64,000 nt of DNA from Alphaproteobacteria bacterium. GTDB taxonomy: Bacteria; Pseudomonadota; Alphaproteobacteria; CALKHQ01. The position numbers were made by a program, and so were the translations under genes. The notes beneath the pieces were generated by a model. It was not told the origin of the DNA, searched no databases, and saw nothing but the letters and a program-made list of their open reading frames with translations. The DNA lies in NCBI GenBank assembly GCA_965227515.1, contig CBDDFZ010000001.1, positions 3,040,001 through 3,104,000 on the forward strand, given 5' to 3'. Shown here piece after piece: positions 33,732 to 42,511 of the stretch (position 1 is the first letter of the stretch; the number at the start of each line of letters is the position of its first letter).

Positions 33732-33913
33732 ATCGTCATCCTCGCCCTCGTGGCGAGGATCCATGTGTGTCCAGAATTTCAATGCTATGTGTGATTCGCG
33801 CCAGCCAGGGGCAGTGGGCAGACCGGCACCGGGACGCGCAGGCATCGCGCACACCAAGCTCGTTTCCGGGCCTTGCACGGAAATGGGTCCTCGGCACAAG
33901 GCCGAGGACGACA
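33732..33913. repeat. REPIN-like paired palindromic element
   Basis: GTCATCCTCGCCCTCGTGGCGAGGATCCATGTGTGTCCAG ... AAATGGGTCCTCGGCACAAGGCCGAGGACGACA. The left arm closely matches 5131-5171. Confidence 0.78.
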
Positions 33914-34078
33914 ATGTTTCTTCGTGGCTGGGATCGAGCAACCCAACGTCACAGCCATGCCCGCGAACCGCGGTCGTCCGACTGACGGTTACGACCGTTT
34001 CGGGCAGGTCGTTGCTCATGGCACGGCAGGCGGACCGGGCACGTCGATTGTGCCGCGGCCCGCCAATGCCCGTCGCCG

Positions 34079-35674
34079 TTATTCGGTGATGCTCATGAAC
34101 CTGGACGGGTGGACGTTCTGAATGTTGTCCTCCCAGCCGTGCAGGTTGGTCGACACCAGGTTGGTCGACGCATAGTAGAGCAGCGGAATGAACGGCAGGT
34201 CACGCATGAACAGCTCTTCTGCCTGGAAGAGGATGTCCGCGCGCTCCTTCAGGTCGACGGTCGCCGCCGCCTGGTCCATCAGGGCATCGTATTCGGCGTT
34301 GTTGTAGTTGGCGTAGTTGAACCCGTCATTGTCGCTCTCGACCATGAACAGGAAGTTCTGCGGGTCGGAGTAGTCGCCGATCCAGGCGGCGCGGGCGACG
34401 TCGAAGTCGCCGCCGTCGCGCAGATGGGCATAGTGGGTGGCGACGTCGGAGTTCAGCAGCGAGGTCTCGACGCCCAGCGGGGCCCACATATCGGCGATCG
34501 CCACCGCCACTTTCTGGTGGTTCTCCGACGTGTTGAAGCGGATCTCGATCGTCAGCGGGTTCTCGGGCCCGAAGCCGGCGTCGGTCAGAAGCTGCAATGC
34601 CTCGTCCTCGCGGTCCAGCATCGACATGTCCTTGTAGTCGGCATAGGCCGGCTCGCCATAATTGCCGATGCCCGGCGGCACGAACGAGTACGCCGGCAGG
34701 AAGGCGCCGCCCATGATCTCCTCGCCCAGGAAGTCGCGGTCGATCGCCAGCGACAGCGCGCGACGGATGTTGATGTCGTCCAGCGGCGGCTTGTCCATCT
34801 TCACGGCGTAATAGTAGGTGCCCAGGTACGGGGCGGCCCGGAATTCGTCGGGCATGTTCTCGGTCATCCAGGGGATCTGCTCGAACGGCACGTCGTTGTT
34901 GCTGTGCAGCTCGCCGGCCTGGAAGCGGCGCAGCGCGGCCGAGCGATCCTCGGTCGGGTAGAAGTAGACCACGTCGATGGCCACATTGGCCGCGTCGTGG
35001 AAGTTCGGGTTCTTCACCACCCGGATGTGACCGTTGATGACCACCTCGTCCAGCATGTAGGCGCCGTTCGACACCATGTTGCCGGGCTGCACGAAGTCGT
35101 CGCCATACTGCTCGACCGAGCCCGGATGCACCGGCAAGCCGGTCTGGTGGGTCAGCAGTTCCAGGAAGTACGGGGTCGCAGCCTCAAGCGTGATCTCCAG
35201 CGTCGCGTCGTCGACCGCGACCGCGCCCAGTTCGCTCGGGTCCATCTCGCCGGTGTTCACCGCCTCGGCGTTGAGGATCGGGTAGAGGATGTTGGCGTAT
35301 TCCGCGCCGGTCGCCGGGTTCAGGATGCGCTGCAGCGAATACACGAAGTCGCCGGCCACCACCGGGTCGCCGTTCGACCACTTCGCGTCGCCGCGGAAAT
35401 GGAACGTGTAGACCGTGCCGTCCTCGTTCAGCTCCCAGCTTTCGGCGACGCCCGGGATGACATTGGCGCCGGCATCGTAGACCACCAGGCCCTCGTACAG
35501 GTCGCGCAGGATGTGCGCCTCGTAGACGGTGGACGTGCGGTGCTGGTCGAGCGTCTCCGGCTCACCGGTATTGCCCCGGTGATAGACGACCTCGGCGAAG
35601 GCCGACGTTGCCGCATACGACGCGCCCAGCGCGACGGCGGCGGCCAACCCCAAGGTGCGGAGTGTGTCCCTCAT
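34079..35674 (-). CDS. oppA: Oligopeptide ABC transporter substrate-binding protein
   Basis: Signal peptide; EPETLD, LYEGL, PGVAESW, AKWSNGDPV.A.DFVYS, SNGAY, RAAWIGDY; GGAGG RBS. Confidence 0.93.
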   Translation of the reverse strand: MRDTLRTLGLAAAVALGASYAATSAFAEVVYHRGNTGEPETLDQHRTSTVYEAHILRDLYEGLVVYDAGANVIPGVAESWELNEDGTVYTFHFRGDAKWSNGDPVVAGDFVYSLQRILNPATGAEYANILYPILNAEAVNTGEMDPSELGAVAVDDATLEITLEAATPYFLELLTHQTGLPVHPGSVEQYGDDFVQPGNMVSNGAYMLDEVVINGHIRVVKNPNFHDAANVAIDVVYFYPTEDRSAALRRFQAGELHSNNDVPFEQIPWMTENMPDEFRAAPYLGTYYYAVKMDKPPLDDINIRRALSLAIDRDFLGEEIMGGAFLPAYSFVPPGIGNYGEPAYADYKDMSMLDREDEALQLLTDAGFGPENPLTIEIRFNTSENHQKVAVAIADMWAPLGVETSLLNSDVATHYAHLRDGGDFDVARAAWIGDYSDPQNFLFMVESDNDGFNYANYNNAEYDALMDQAAATVDLKERADILFQAEELFMRDLPFIPLLYYASTNLVSTNLHGWEDNIQNVHPSRFMSITE

Positions 35675-35825
35675 GTGAACCTCCATGACGTGGGCCCCGT
35701 GGATGGGGCATTGCTCTGTCGATCCGGCCCAACCGGATCGCGGAGATTGGCGTCATGTTAGGGTGACCTCCGCATGCAGGCCAAGCGAATTACTGTGAAT
35801 GACCCTTGTAACGCGGCCCGAATTC

Positions 35826-36488
35826 TCACCCCCGCCGAAGATGGCCCAGCAGCCGCCACGAGCGCCGCGCGACGGTGATGGCGGTGCCGGCGGCGATGAC
35901 CCAGAGGGCGATTTCCAACACCGGCATGCCGATGGCGTCCGCGCCCCACAGCGGCTCGAACAGCGCAATCAAGGCACCCAGCGTGACCGTGAACATGCGG
36001 TGCGGCTTGGCCATCGGGCCGCAGAAATCGGGCTTGGCGCCTTCCGCCCGCCCGAGCTCGCGCACGTAGGCGGTCAGCACCGCCAGCATCGCCGTGGCCC
36101 AGCCCAGTTCCGCCGCGCCGGCGCCATAGCCGACGCCGACCAGGATGGCAGCGTCCGACAGCCGGTCCGGCATCTCGTTCCAGAACGCACCGTCGGGCGA
36201 TTGCTTGCCGCCCTCCACCGCGACCATGCCGTCGATCAGGTTGCAGAGCAGCCGCACCTGGCAGAACAGGGCGCCCGTCAGCAGCAGCACGACGCGCAAC
36301 GCACCTTCGCTGGTGCCCGTCAGCCAGAACGCCCCGCCCGACAGGATCGCCGCCGCCAGCCCGAATTGGGAGATCTGGTTGGGGGTGACGGCCGTTGCCG
36401 CCAGCCGGCGCGACAGGGCGCGTGCCCATCCGGTGTCGCGGCTGGCCAGCGGGCGGCGGTTGGCCGGTCCATTGCTCGGTTCTGTCAT
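35826..36488 (-). CDS. CDP-alcohol phosphatidyltransferase family protein (YnbA-like)
   Basis: MTEPSNGPANRRPLASR...TPNQIS...NLIDGMVAVEGG...G...NEMPDRLSD...GPMAKPHR. Confidence 0.88.
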   Translation of the reverse strand: MTEPSNGPANRRPLASRDTGWARALSRRLAATAVTPNQISQFGLAAAILSGGAFWLTGTSEGALRVVLLLTGALFCQVRLLCNLIDGMVAVEGGKQSPDGAFWNEMPDRLSDAAILVGVGYGAGAAELGWATAMLAVLTAYVRELGRAEGAKPDFCGPMAKPHRMFTVTLGALIALFEPLWGADAIGMPVLEIALWVIAAGTAITVARRSWRLLGHLRRG

Positions 36489-37435
36489 GCGACCGACCAC
36501 CAGAAGCGCACGAGGTGGAAGAAGATCGGGGCGGAGAAGACCAGGGAGTCGATACGGTCGATGATGCCGCCATGGCCTGCGATCAGGTGGCCCCAGTCCT
36601 TGACCCCGCGGTCTCGCTTGATCGCCGACATGACCAGCCCGCCGAAGAACCCCATCAGCGCCGCCACCAGCGCCAGCGCGCCGGCCTCCACGACGGAGAA
36701 CGGCGTGATCCACCACAGGGCGGCGCCCGCGGCGGCCGCGCTCAGCACCCCGCCGATCAGCCCCTCCCAGGTCTTGGACGGCGACAGCGATGGCGCCACC
36801 TTGTGCCGGCCGAACAGCTTGCCCCACACATACTGCATCACGTCGCTGAACTGGACGACCACGATCAGGAACGCGATCAGCAGCATCTCGCGCCCCTCGT
36901 AGCCCGGTATGCGCAGCGCCAGCAGGGAGGGGAGGTGGGACACGCAATAGACGCTGATCATCACCGCCCACTGGGCCTCGGTTATGCGGTCCAGGAAATT
37001 GTCGGTCTCGCCGCGCACCACCGCCACGATCGGCATCAGCAGGAAGGCGTAGACGGGGATGAAGATGGCGAAGAACTGGTACCAGTCGATCCAGACCAGC
37101 CAGTAGTTGAACGGCAGCACGATGAAGAACGCGCCGGCCAGCGCCATGTGGTCCGCCTGCGCGGTGCGGGCCAGGGTCACGAACTCGCGCAAGGCCGCGA
37201 ACGAGACGATGATGAACAGGATCATGATGCCCGGCCGCCCGGCCCAGAAAGCGATGCCGAGCAGGATGACCATCACCCACCACGCCCTGATGCGCGCGTT
37301 CAGGTTCTCCACGGTCACGTTGGTGCGGTCGCGCGAGAACCGCCACTGCATCGCCATGCCGATCGCCGTCGCCACCACCAGGATGCCGCCTATAATGGCA
37401 AGCAACAGCAGCAGGTCGTCGTGCGCCGGGCTCAT
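36485..37435 (-). CDS. Phosphatidate cytidylyltransferase family protein (YnbB-like)
   Basis: SPSKTWEG, SAIKRDRGVKDWG.LI.GHGGIIDRIDS. Confidence 0.92.
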   Translation of the reverse strand: MSPAHDDLLLLLAIIGGILVVATAIGMAMQWRFSRDRTNVTVENLNARIRAWWVMVILLGIAFWAGRPGIMILFIIVSFAALREFVTLARTAQADHMALAGAFFIVLPFNYWLVWIDWYQFFAIFIPVYAFLLMPIVAVVRGETDNFLDRITEAQWAVMISVYCVSHLPSLLALRIPGYEGREMLLIAFLIVVVQFSDVMQYVWGKLFGRHKVAPSLSPSKTWEGLIGGVLSAAAAGAALWWITPFSVVEAGALALVAALMGFFGGLVMSAIKRDRGVKDWGHLIAGHGGIIDRIDSLVFSAPIFFHLVRFWWSVA

Positions 37436-38079
37436 GCCGCTGCCGCTGCCGCCTGCGGCCGCGCGGCCAGCGCCAGCAGGGCCTGTTCGGCGCGGGCGGT
37501 AAACGCCTGCTTGTCCTCGTCATCTGCGATGCGGATCGCGGCACCGAAGGTGACGGTGCAGATCAGCGGCAACGGGATGACCTCACCCTTCGGCAGCACC
37601 CGGTTCAGATTGTCGATCCAGACCGGCACCAGGTCGACCTCCGGGCGCGCCTTGGCCAGGTGGTAGAGCCCGGCCTTGAACGGCAAGAGCGCCTTCTTCG
37701 AGGTGTTGCGGGTGCCTTCGGGAAACAGGATCAGCGAGGCGCCGTCGTCCAATGCGGCGCTCATCGCCCGGATCGGATGGCGCTCCCCGGTGACCTTCTC
37801 GCGGTCGATCAGCACCGAGCGGAACACCCGCTCGCCGATGAAGCGGCGGATCGCCGAGCTGTGCCAATAGTCCCGCGCCGCCACCGGGCGCGCGGTGCGG
37901 CGCAACGCTGGCGGCATCACCGACCAGATCAGCACGAAGTCGCCGTGACTGGCATGATTGGCGAAGTAGATCCGCTGCCGGGCCATCGGCTCGATGCCCT
38001 GCCAGATTGCCCGTGCCGCGGTGATGGCGCGGGCAAACAGGATGATGGCATTGGCGACGATGCTGGCGAAGAAAGTCAT
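37432..38079 (-). CDS. Lysophospholipid acyltransferase (PlsC family)
   Basis: NHASHGD (HX4D), FPEGTR, FKAG. Confidence 0.9.
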   Translation of the reverse strand: MTFFASIVANAIILFARAITAARAIWQGIEPMARQRIYFANHASHGDFVLIWSVMPPALRRTARPVAARDYWHSSAIRRFIGERVFRSVLIDREKVTGERHPIRAMSAALDDGASLILFPEGTRNTSKKALLPFKAGLYHLAKARPEVDLVPVWIDNLNRVLPKGEVIPLPLICTVTFGAAIRIADDEDKQAFTARAEQALLALAARPQAAAAAA

Positions 38080-38209
38080 GCACCCCCCCGCGGGGCATTG
38101 GCGACAAGGCCCCTCATGGTTTGGTAGGGGCAAATCGGTGCTGCCGTCCAGTGCGATGCTGCCGCCGCCGAGTTGACAACCGGCGTGCCGGCATTGCCAT
38201 GTGCCGGCC

Positions 38210-39679
38210 ATGCGCCTCGGCAACCAAACCGTTGACGGTCTTGCGCCGTCGATTGCCCGGCCCGGCTATGACCGGGCGCGCGTCACGGCGGGCATCGTCC
38301 ATTTGGGGCTGGGGGCGTTTCACCGTGCCCACCAGGCCGCCTACACCGATGCCGTTCTCGGTGAGGACCCAGGCTGGGGCATCGTTGGCGCCAGCCTGCG
38401 CAGCGCCGATACGGTGCAGGCGCTCGCGCCGCAGGATGGCCTCTACACCTTGGCGGCGCGCGGGCCCGATGGCGACGCGTTGCGCGTCATCGGTGCGCTG
38501 GTCGGGCTGATCGGGCCCGGCGACCTGGCGGGCAAGCTGCTCCCCGCCTTGTGCGACCCCCGGGTCAGGGTCGTGACCATGACGGTGACCGAGAAGGGCT
38601 ACAGCCACGACCCGTCGACCGGCGACCTGGACCCGGCGCACCCTGCCATCGCTGCCGATCTGGCACGGCCCGAGGAGCCATCGTCGGTCCCCGGCCTGCT
38701 GGTCGAGGCGCTGCACCGGCGCCGCGACGCCGGCATCGCGCCCTTCGCGGCGGTCAGTTGCGACAACCTGGCCGCCAATGGGCACACGCTGCATCGCGTG
38801 TTGTGCCAATACGCCGGTCTGCGCGACCGCGACCTCGCCGCGTACGTGGAAGGCGAGGTGACCTGCCCGTCGACCATGGTCGACCGCATCACCCCGGCCG
38901 CCACTGCCGACGACCGCACGGCCATCTCACGCGCGCTGGGACTGGACGATGCCGCGCCCGTGGTGGCCGAGCCTTTCTCGCAATGGGTGGTTGAGGACAG
39001 TTTCCCGGCCGGGCGCCCGCCATGGGAGGCGGCGGGTGCCGAACTGGTGGCCGATGTCGCGCCCTATGAAGCGATGAAGCTCAGACTGCTCAACGGCGCG
39101 CACTCCGCGCTGGCGTATCTGGGCTATTTATCCGGCTGCGAGACCGTGGCCGACGCCATGGCCGAACCGGGCCTGGCCGCCTTCGCCGATGCGCTGATGG
39201 GCGACGCCGCGTCGACGCTCACCATGCCCGGCGGCGCGGATGTGGCCGCCTATCGCCGGCAGTTGTTGCAGCGTTTCCGCAACCCGGCGCTGCGGCACCG
39301 TACCTGGCAGATCGCCATGGACGGCAGCCAGAAGCTGCCGCAGCGCTTGCTGGCCCCGGTATCCGCACGATTGGCCAATGGCGCGCCGATAGGCCGGCAT
39401 GCCTTGGCTGTGGCGGCTTGGATGCGCTATGTCGCCGGCGCCGATGAGGCGGGCCGGCCCATCGACGTGCGCGACCCGCTGGCCGGTTCACTGCGCTCTG
39501 CCTGCGAACAGGCCGGGCCGGAGTCGCGGGCGCAGGTGGGCGCACTCCTGAACGTGCGCGCGGTATTCGGTAACGAATTGGCAGCGGATCAACGCTTTGT
39601 GAGCGCTGTTGTTGCAGCGCACAAGATGCTGGTTTGCCGCGGCGCGCGGCGGGCTGCCGCGAATTACGCCGCCGATTAG
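38210..39679 (+). CDS. Mannitol dehydrogenase family protein (mannonate/mannitol oxidoreductase)
   Basis: IVHLGLGAFHRAHQA, TVTEKGY, SCDN, MVDRITP, KLRLLNGAHS, QIAMDGSQKLPQR. Confidence 0.92.
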   Translation: MRLGNQTVDGLAPSIARPGYDRARVTAGIVHLGLGAFHRAHQAAYTDAVLGEDPGWGIVGASLRSADTVQALAPQDGLYTLAARGPDGDALRVIGALVGLIGPGDLAGKLLPALCDPRVRVVTMTVTEKGYSHDPSTGDLDPAHPAIAADLARPEEPSSVPGLLVEALHRRRDAGIAPFAAVSCDNLAANGHTLHRVLCQYAGLRDRDLAAYVEGEVTCPSTMVDRITPAATADDRTAISRALGLDDAAPVVAEPFSQWVVEDSFPAGRPPWEAAGAELVADVAPYEAMKLRLLNGAHSALAYLGYLSGCETVADAMAEPGLAAFADALMGDAASTLTMPGGADVAAYRRQLLQRFRNPALRHRTWQIAMDGSQKLPQRLLAPVSARLANGAPIGRHALAVAAWMRYVAGADEAGRPIDVRDPLAGSLRSACEQAGPESRAQVGALLNVRAVFGNELAADQRFVSAVVAAHKMLVCRGARRAAANYAAD

Positions 39680-39856
39680 TATCCAGACGGTGCGTAAGAA
39701 ATTTTAACGAATTCGTCCGATATTTGATTCGGATTGGCGCCAAAAACGCCTCGTATTTGCGATGAATTCGTGCCCTTTGTTCGAGGCGAATAGGCCGGTT
39801 GGCCGTATGCTTACCAAGCGGGGACAAGAAATGTCCCTGGACGGCACGCACACAAA

Positions 39857-41770
39857 GTGGAGCAGCGCATGCAGGCAGCAGCGCTAGATGAAGCCGAGTT
39901 GAATGCGGTCTTCTGGAACAGCCCGAAGATCCTGGTGGTCGAGGACGATGTCGTCGACCGCAGGGTGGTCTGTCGGTTGCTGCGGAAGATCTTCGGCGAG
40001 GCGATGGTCCTGGAAGTCGCGGAGAATGTGCAGCAAGCCCTGGAGGCCGCGCGCGAGAGCGTCTTCGACATCTTCATTGTCGATTTCAATCTGGATACCG
40101 AGACGGGCATCGACCTGGCCGCCAAGTGCGGCAACGAGGACGCGCCCCAGATCTTCATTCTGCTGACCGGCGAAGACAGTTGGCAGGTCGACTATCAGGC
40201 GATGAGCGCTGGTTTCGCCGACTATCTGGTGAAGACCGACCTGAGCGAGAAACGGCTGGAGCGCTCCCTGCGGTACGCCTGGCGCGCGATGCGCCAGAAG
40301 CGCTTGTTGATGGAGCAGGCCACCGAACTGCGGCGCGCCAAGGCGGAGATCGAGATCGAGTCGAGCGCGCACCGCCAACTGGCCGAAGAACTGACCATTA
40401 CGCAGCGGCAACTGGAAGCCGCACTGGCCGAGGCGGGTCGCAACGAGGCGCGGTATCGCTGGCTGGCGCATCACGACCAGCTTACCGAGCTGCCGAACCG
40501 CACCCTTTTTGCAGCCAAGCTGGCGGAAGGCATGCGCCAGTCCTCCCGGTCGGGGCGCGTGCTCGCGCTGTGCGTGCTGGATCTGGATCGGTTCAAGCAG
40601 GTCAACGACAGCTACGGCCACAAGGCCGGCGACGAGTTGCTGACTCTGGCCGGCGAGCGCATGCAGGCCTGCCTGCGCTCCACTGACATCGTGGCGCGCC
40701 TGGCCGGCGATGAGTTCGCCATTATCATGACCAACCTGGGCAGCCGGTCCGATGCGTTCCAACCGGCCCAGAAGATCGCCCACGCCCTTTCCGAACCGTT
40801 CGAGATTCAGGGGCATGTCGTGGAGATTGGCGTCAGCCTGGGGATCGCCGACTACGATGGCAGCGAGGCGGTGGAGCGCGACGAACTGTTGCATCGCGCC
40901 GACCTGGCGCTGTATCGCGCCAAGGAGTCCCGGCAGGGCCAGATCGAGTATTACGATGAGGCGCTGACAGCCAAGTGCCGGCGCGACAGCGCCATCAAGC
41001 TGCGCCTGGGCCGCGCGATCCGTAACAACGAGCTATACCTCGTGTTCCAGCCCAAGCTGTCGATTGCGACCGGCAGAGTGGTGGGCATGGAGGCCTTGGC
41101 CCGGTGGCATGACCCGGAACTGGGACAGGTCTCGCCAGTGGAATTCGTGCCGATCGCGGAATCGACCGGCCTTATCGACGACCTGACCAAGTGTGTCCTG
41201 AAGCAGGCCCTGAATACCCTGGTGGACTGGCAGGCAACGGCACTGGCCAATATCCCCATGGCGGTCAATATCTCGGCGACGCAGTTGAAGTCTGACAAGC
41301 CGGTGAAGCTGGTCAAGCGCCTTCTCAGTCGCTACGACGTCGCGCCGCATCTGCTGGAACTGGAGATCACCGAGACCGCCGCGTTGCATGACATCGACGA
41401 TGCCGTTCTGTTGCTCAATAGATTGCGCGACATCGGCATTTCGGTCGCCATCGACGACTTCGGCACCGGGTATTCCTACCTTGGCCTGGCAACCAGGCTG
41501 CCGGTGAACTGCTTGAAGATCGATCGCAGTTTCGTGGCCGGCATGCTGACCAACCCGTCCGACGGCGCCGCGGTCAGGGCGACCATCGCGTTGGCGCACA
41601 GCCTGGGCATGCGCGCGGTGGGCGAGGGCGTTGAGACACCGCAGCAGCTGAATTTTCTCAAGCAGCATGGCTGCGACGAGGCCCAGGGATACTACATCGT
41701 GCATCCGCTGCCGGCGGCGGACCTGGAAAACTGGTTCGCCGAGCGCGAGAAGCAGCAGGACGCCGCGTAG
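39857..41770 (+). CDS. Response regulator with REC-GGDEF-EAL domains
   Basis: REC (VVEDD...VDFNL...LTG...LVK); DLDRFKQVND, RSTD I-site, AGDEF; EAL, EITE, DDFGTGYS, KIDRSF, EGVE, QGY. Confidence 0.93.
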   Translation: MEQRMQAAALDEAELNAVFWNSPKILVVEDDVVDRRVVCRLLRKIFGEAMVLEVAENVQQALEAARESVFDIFIVDFNLDTETGIDLAAKCGNEDAPQIFILLTGEDSWQVDYQAMSAGFADYLVKTDLSEKRLERSLRYAWRAMRQKRLLMEQATELRRAKAEIEIESSAHRQLAEELTITQRQLEAALAEAGRNEARYRWLAHHDQLTELPNRTLFAAKLAEGMRQSSRSGRVLALCVLDLDRFKQVNDSYGHKAGDELLTLAGERMQACLRSTDIVARLAGDEFAIIMTNLGSRSDAFQPAQKIAHALSEPFEIQGHVVEIGVSLGIADYDGSEAVERDELLHRADLALYRAKESRQGQIEYYDEALTAKCRRDSAIKLRLGRAIRNNELYLVFQPKLSIATGRVVGMEALARWHDPELGQVSPVEFVPIAESTGLIDDLTKCVLKQALNTLVDWQATALANIPMAVNISATQLKSDKPVKLVKRLLSRYDVAPHLLELEITETAALHDIDDAVLLLNRLRDIGISVAIDDFGTGYSYLGLATRLPVNCLKIDRSFVAGMLTNPSDGAAVRATIALAHSLGMRAVGEGVETPQQLNFLKQHGCDEAQGYYIVHPLPAADLENWFAEREKQQDAA

Positions 41771-41873
41771 GCGGAAATCGCTGTCCCAGAATTTCTGACG
41801 GAATTGGAGCCGGGCGCCTGGTCATGCGCACCCGGCCATTCGGCATGGCTGCGGCACGCCGTCTGCAGTCTTG

Positions 41874-41889
41874 CGTGACCTACCGCACA
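41874..41889. promoter_or_regulatory. Degenerate CRP-like site CGTGA-CCTACC-GCACA
   Basis: Two mismatches to TGTGA-N6-TCACA; AT-rich CAATTAT at 41911-41917, about 30 bp downstream of the centre. Confidence 0.35.
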
Positions 41890-42142
41890 GGCGCGCCCAC
41901 GCATCGCTCCCAATTATCCATCATCGCCGGACACGAAGCCGGCGGAAAGAACGGGAGCCAGATGCAAGAAACGAACGCCGTCGCAATCGCCACCACAGCG
42001 CACCGGCGAAACCTGAACGCAATTCGAACACGGCATCTGCTTGCCGCGCGGGCAGAACCCGGCGCGCGCCTGGATGACCGTAACGGGGCCTGGGGGGCCA
42101 GCCGCCAGTTTACGCCGCACCTGCGGCCGGCCACCCAGCAAG

Positions 42143-42172
42143 CACCGCCGTCGGCCAAGGCCGACGGCGGTG
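42143..42172. other. Perfect GC-rich hairpin (terminator or sRNA stem)
   Basis: CACCGCCGTCGGCC-AA-GGCCGACGGCGGTG, followed by TCGCCTTT. Confidence 0.55.
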
Positions 42173-42211
42173 TCGCCTTTGCACCATATTGTCCTGCCAC
42201 CGTGATTTGCA

Positions 42212-42227
42212 TGTGACCGCCGTCACG
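42212..42227. promoter_or_regulatory. CRP-like site TGTGA-CCGCCG-TCACG upstream of the STAND-cyclase-Crp locus
   Basis: One mismatch to the CRP consensus; about 285 bp before ATG 42512. Confidence 0.55.
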
Positions 42228-42511
42228 TAAGAGCGTGTTCAGGGTAATCGCGGTCATTCTGCCGGAGCCCGATTTGTCGGAGGTTAGGAGCGAGGACGAA
42301 GGACATGCCGAAGCATATTCGAGAACGAGCGACGCGGCCCCCGACAAATCGCGCCCGGCCCGCAGGGTTTCCACCCGGCCGGCATCCGCTGCGTCGCGAT
42401 CCTTGCCCGATGCTTCGGCATCGCGCTGCGAACCGCTCCTGGCGGACAGCCGAGCCGGACTGGAAACAGATTTGATCGCGATTGCCCTGAATACTCTCTA
42501 GTTTAGAGCCG

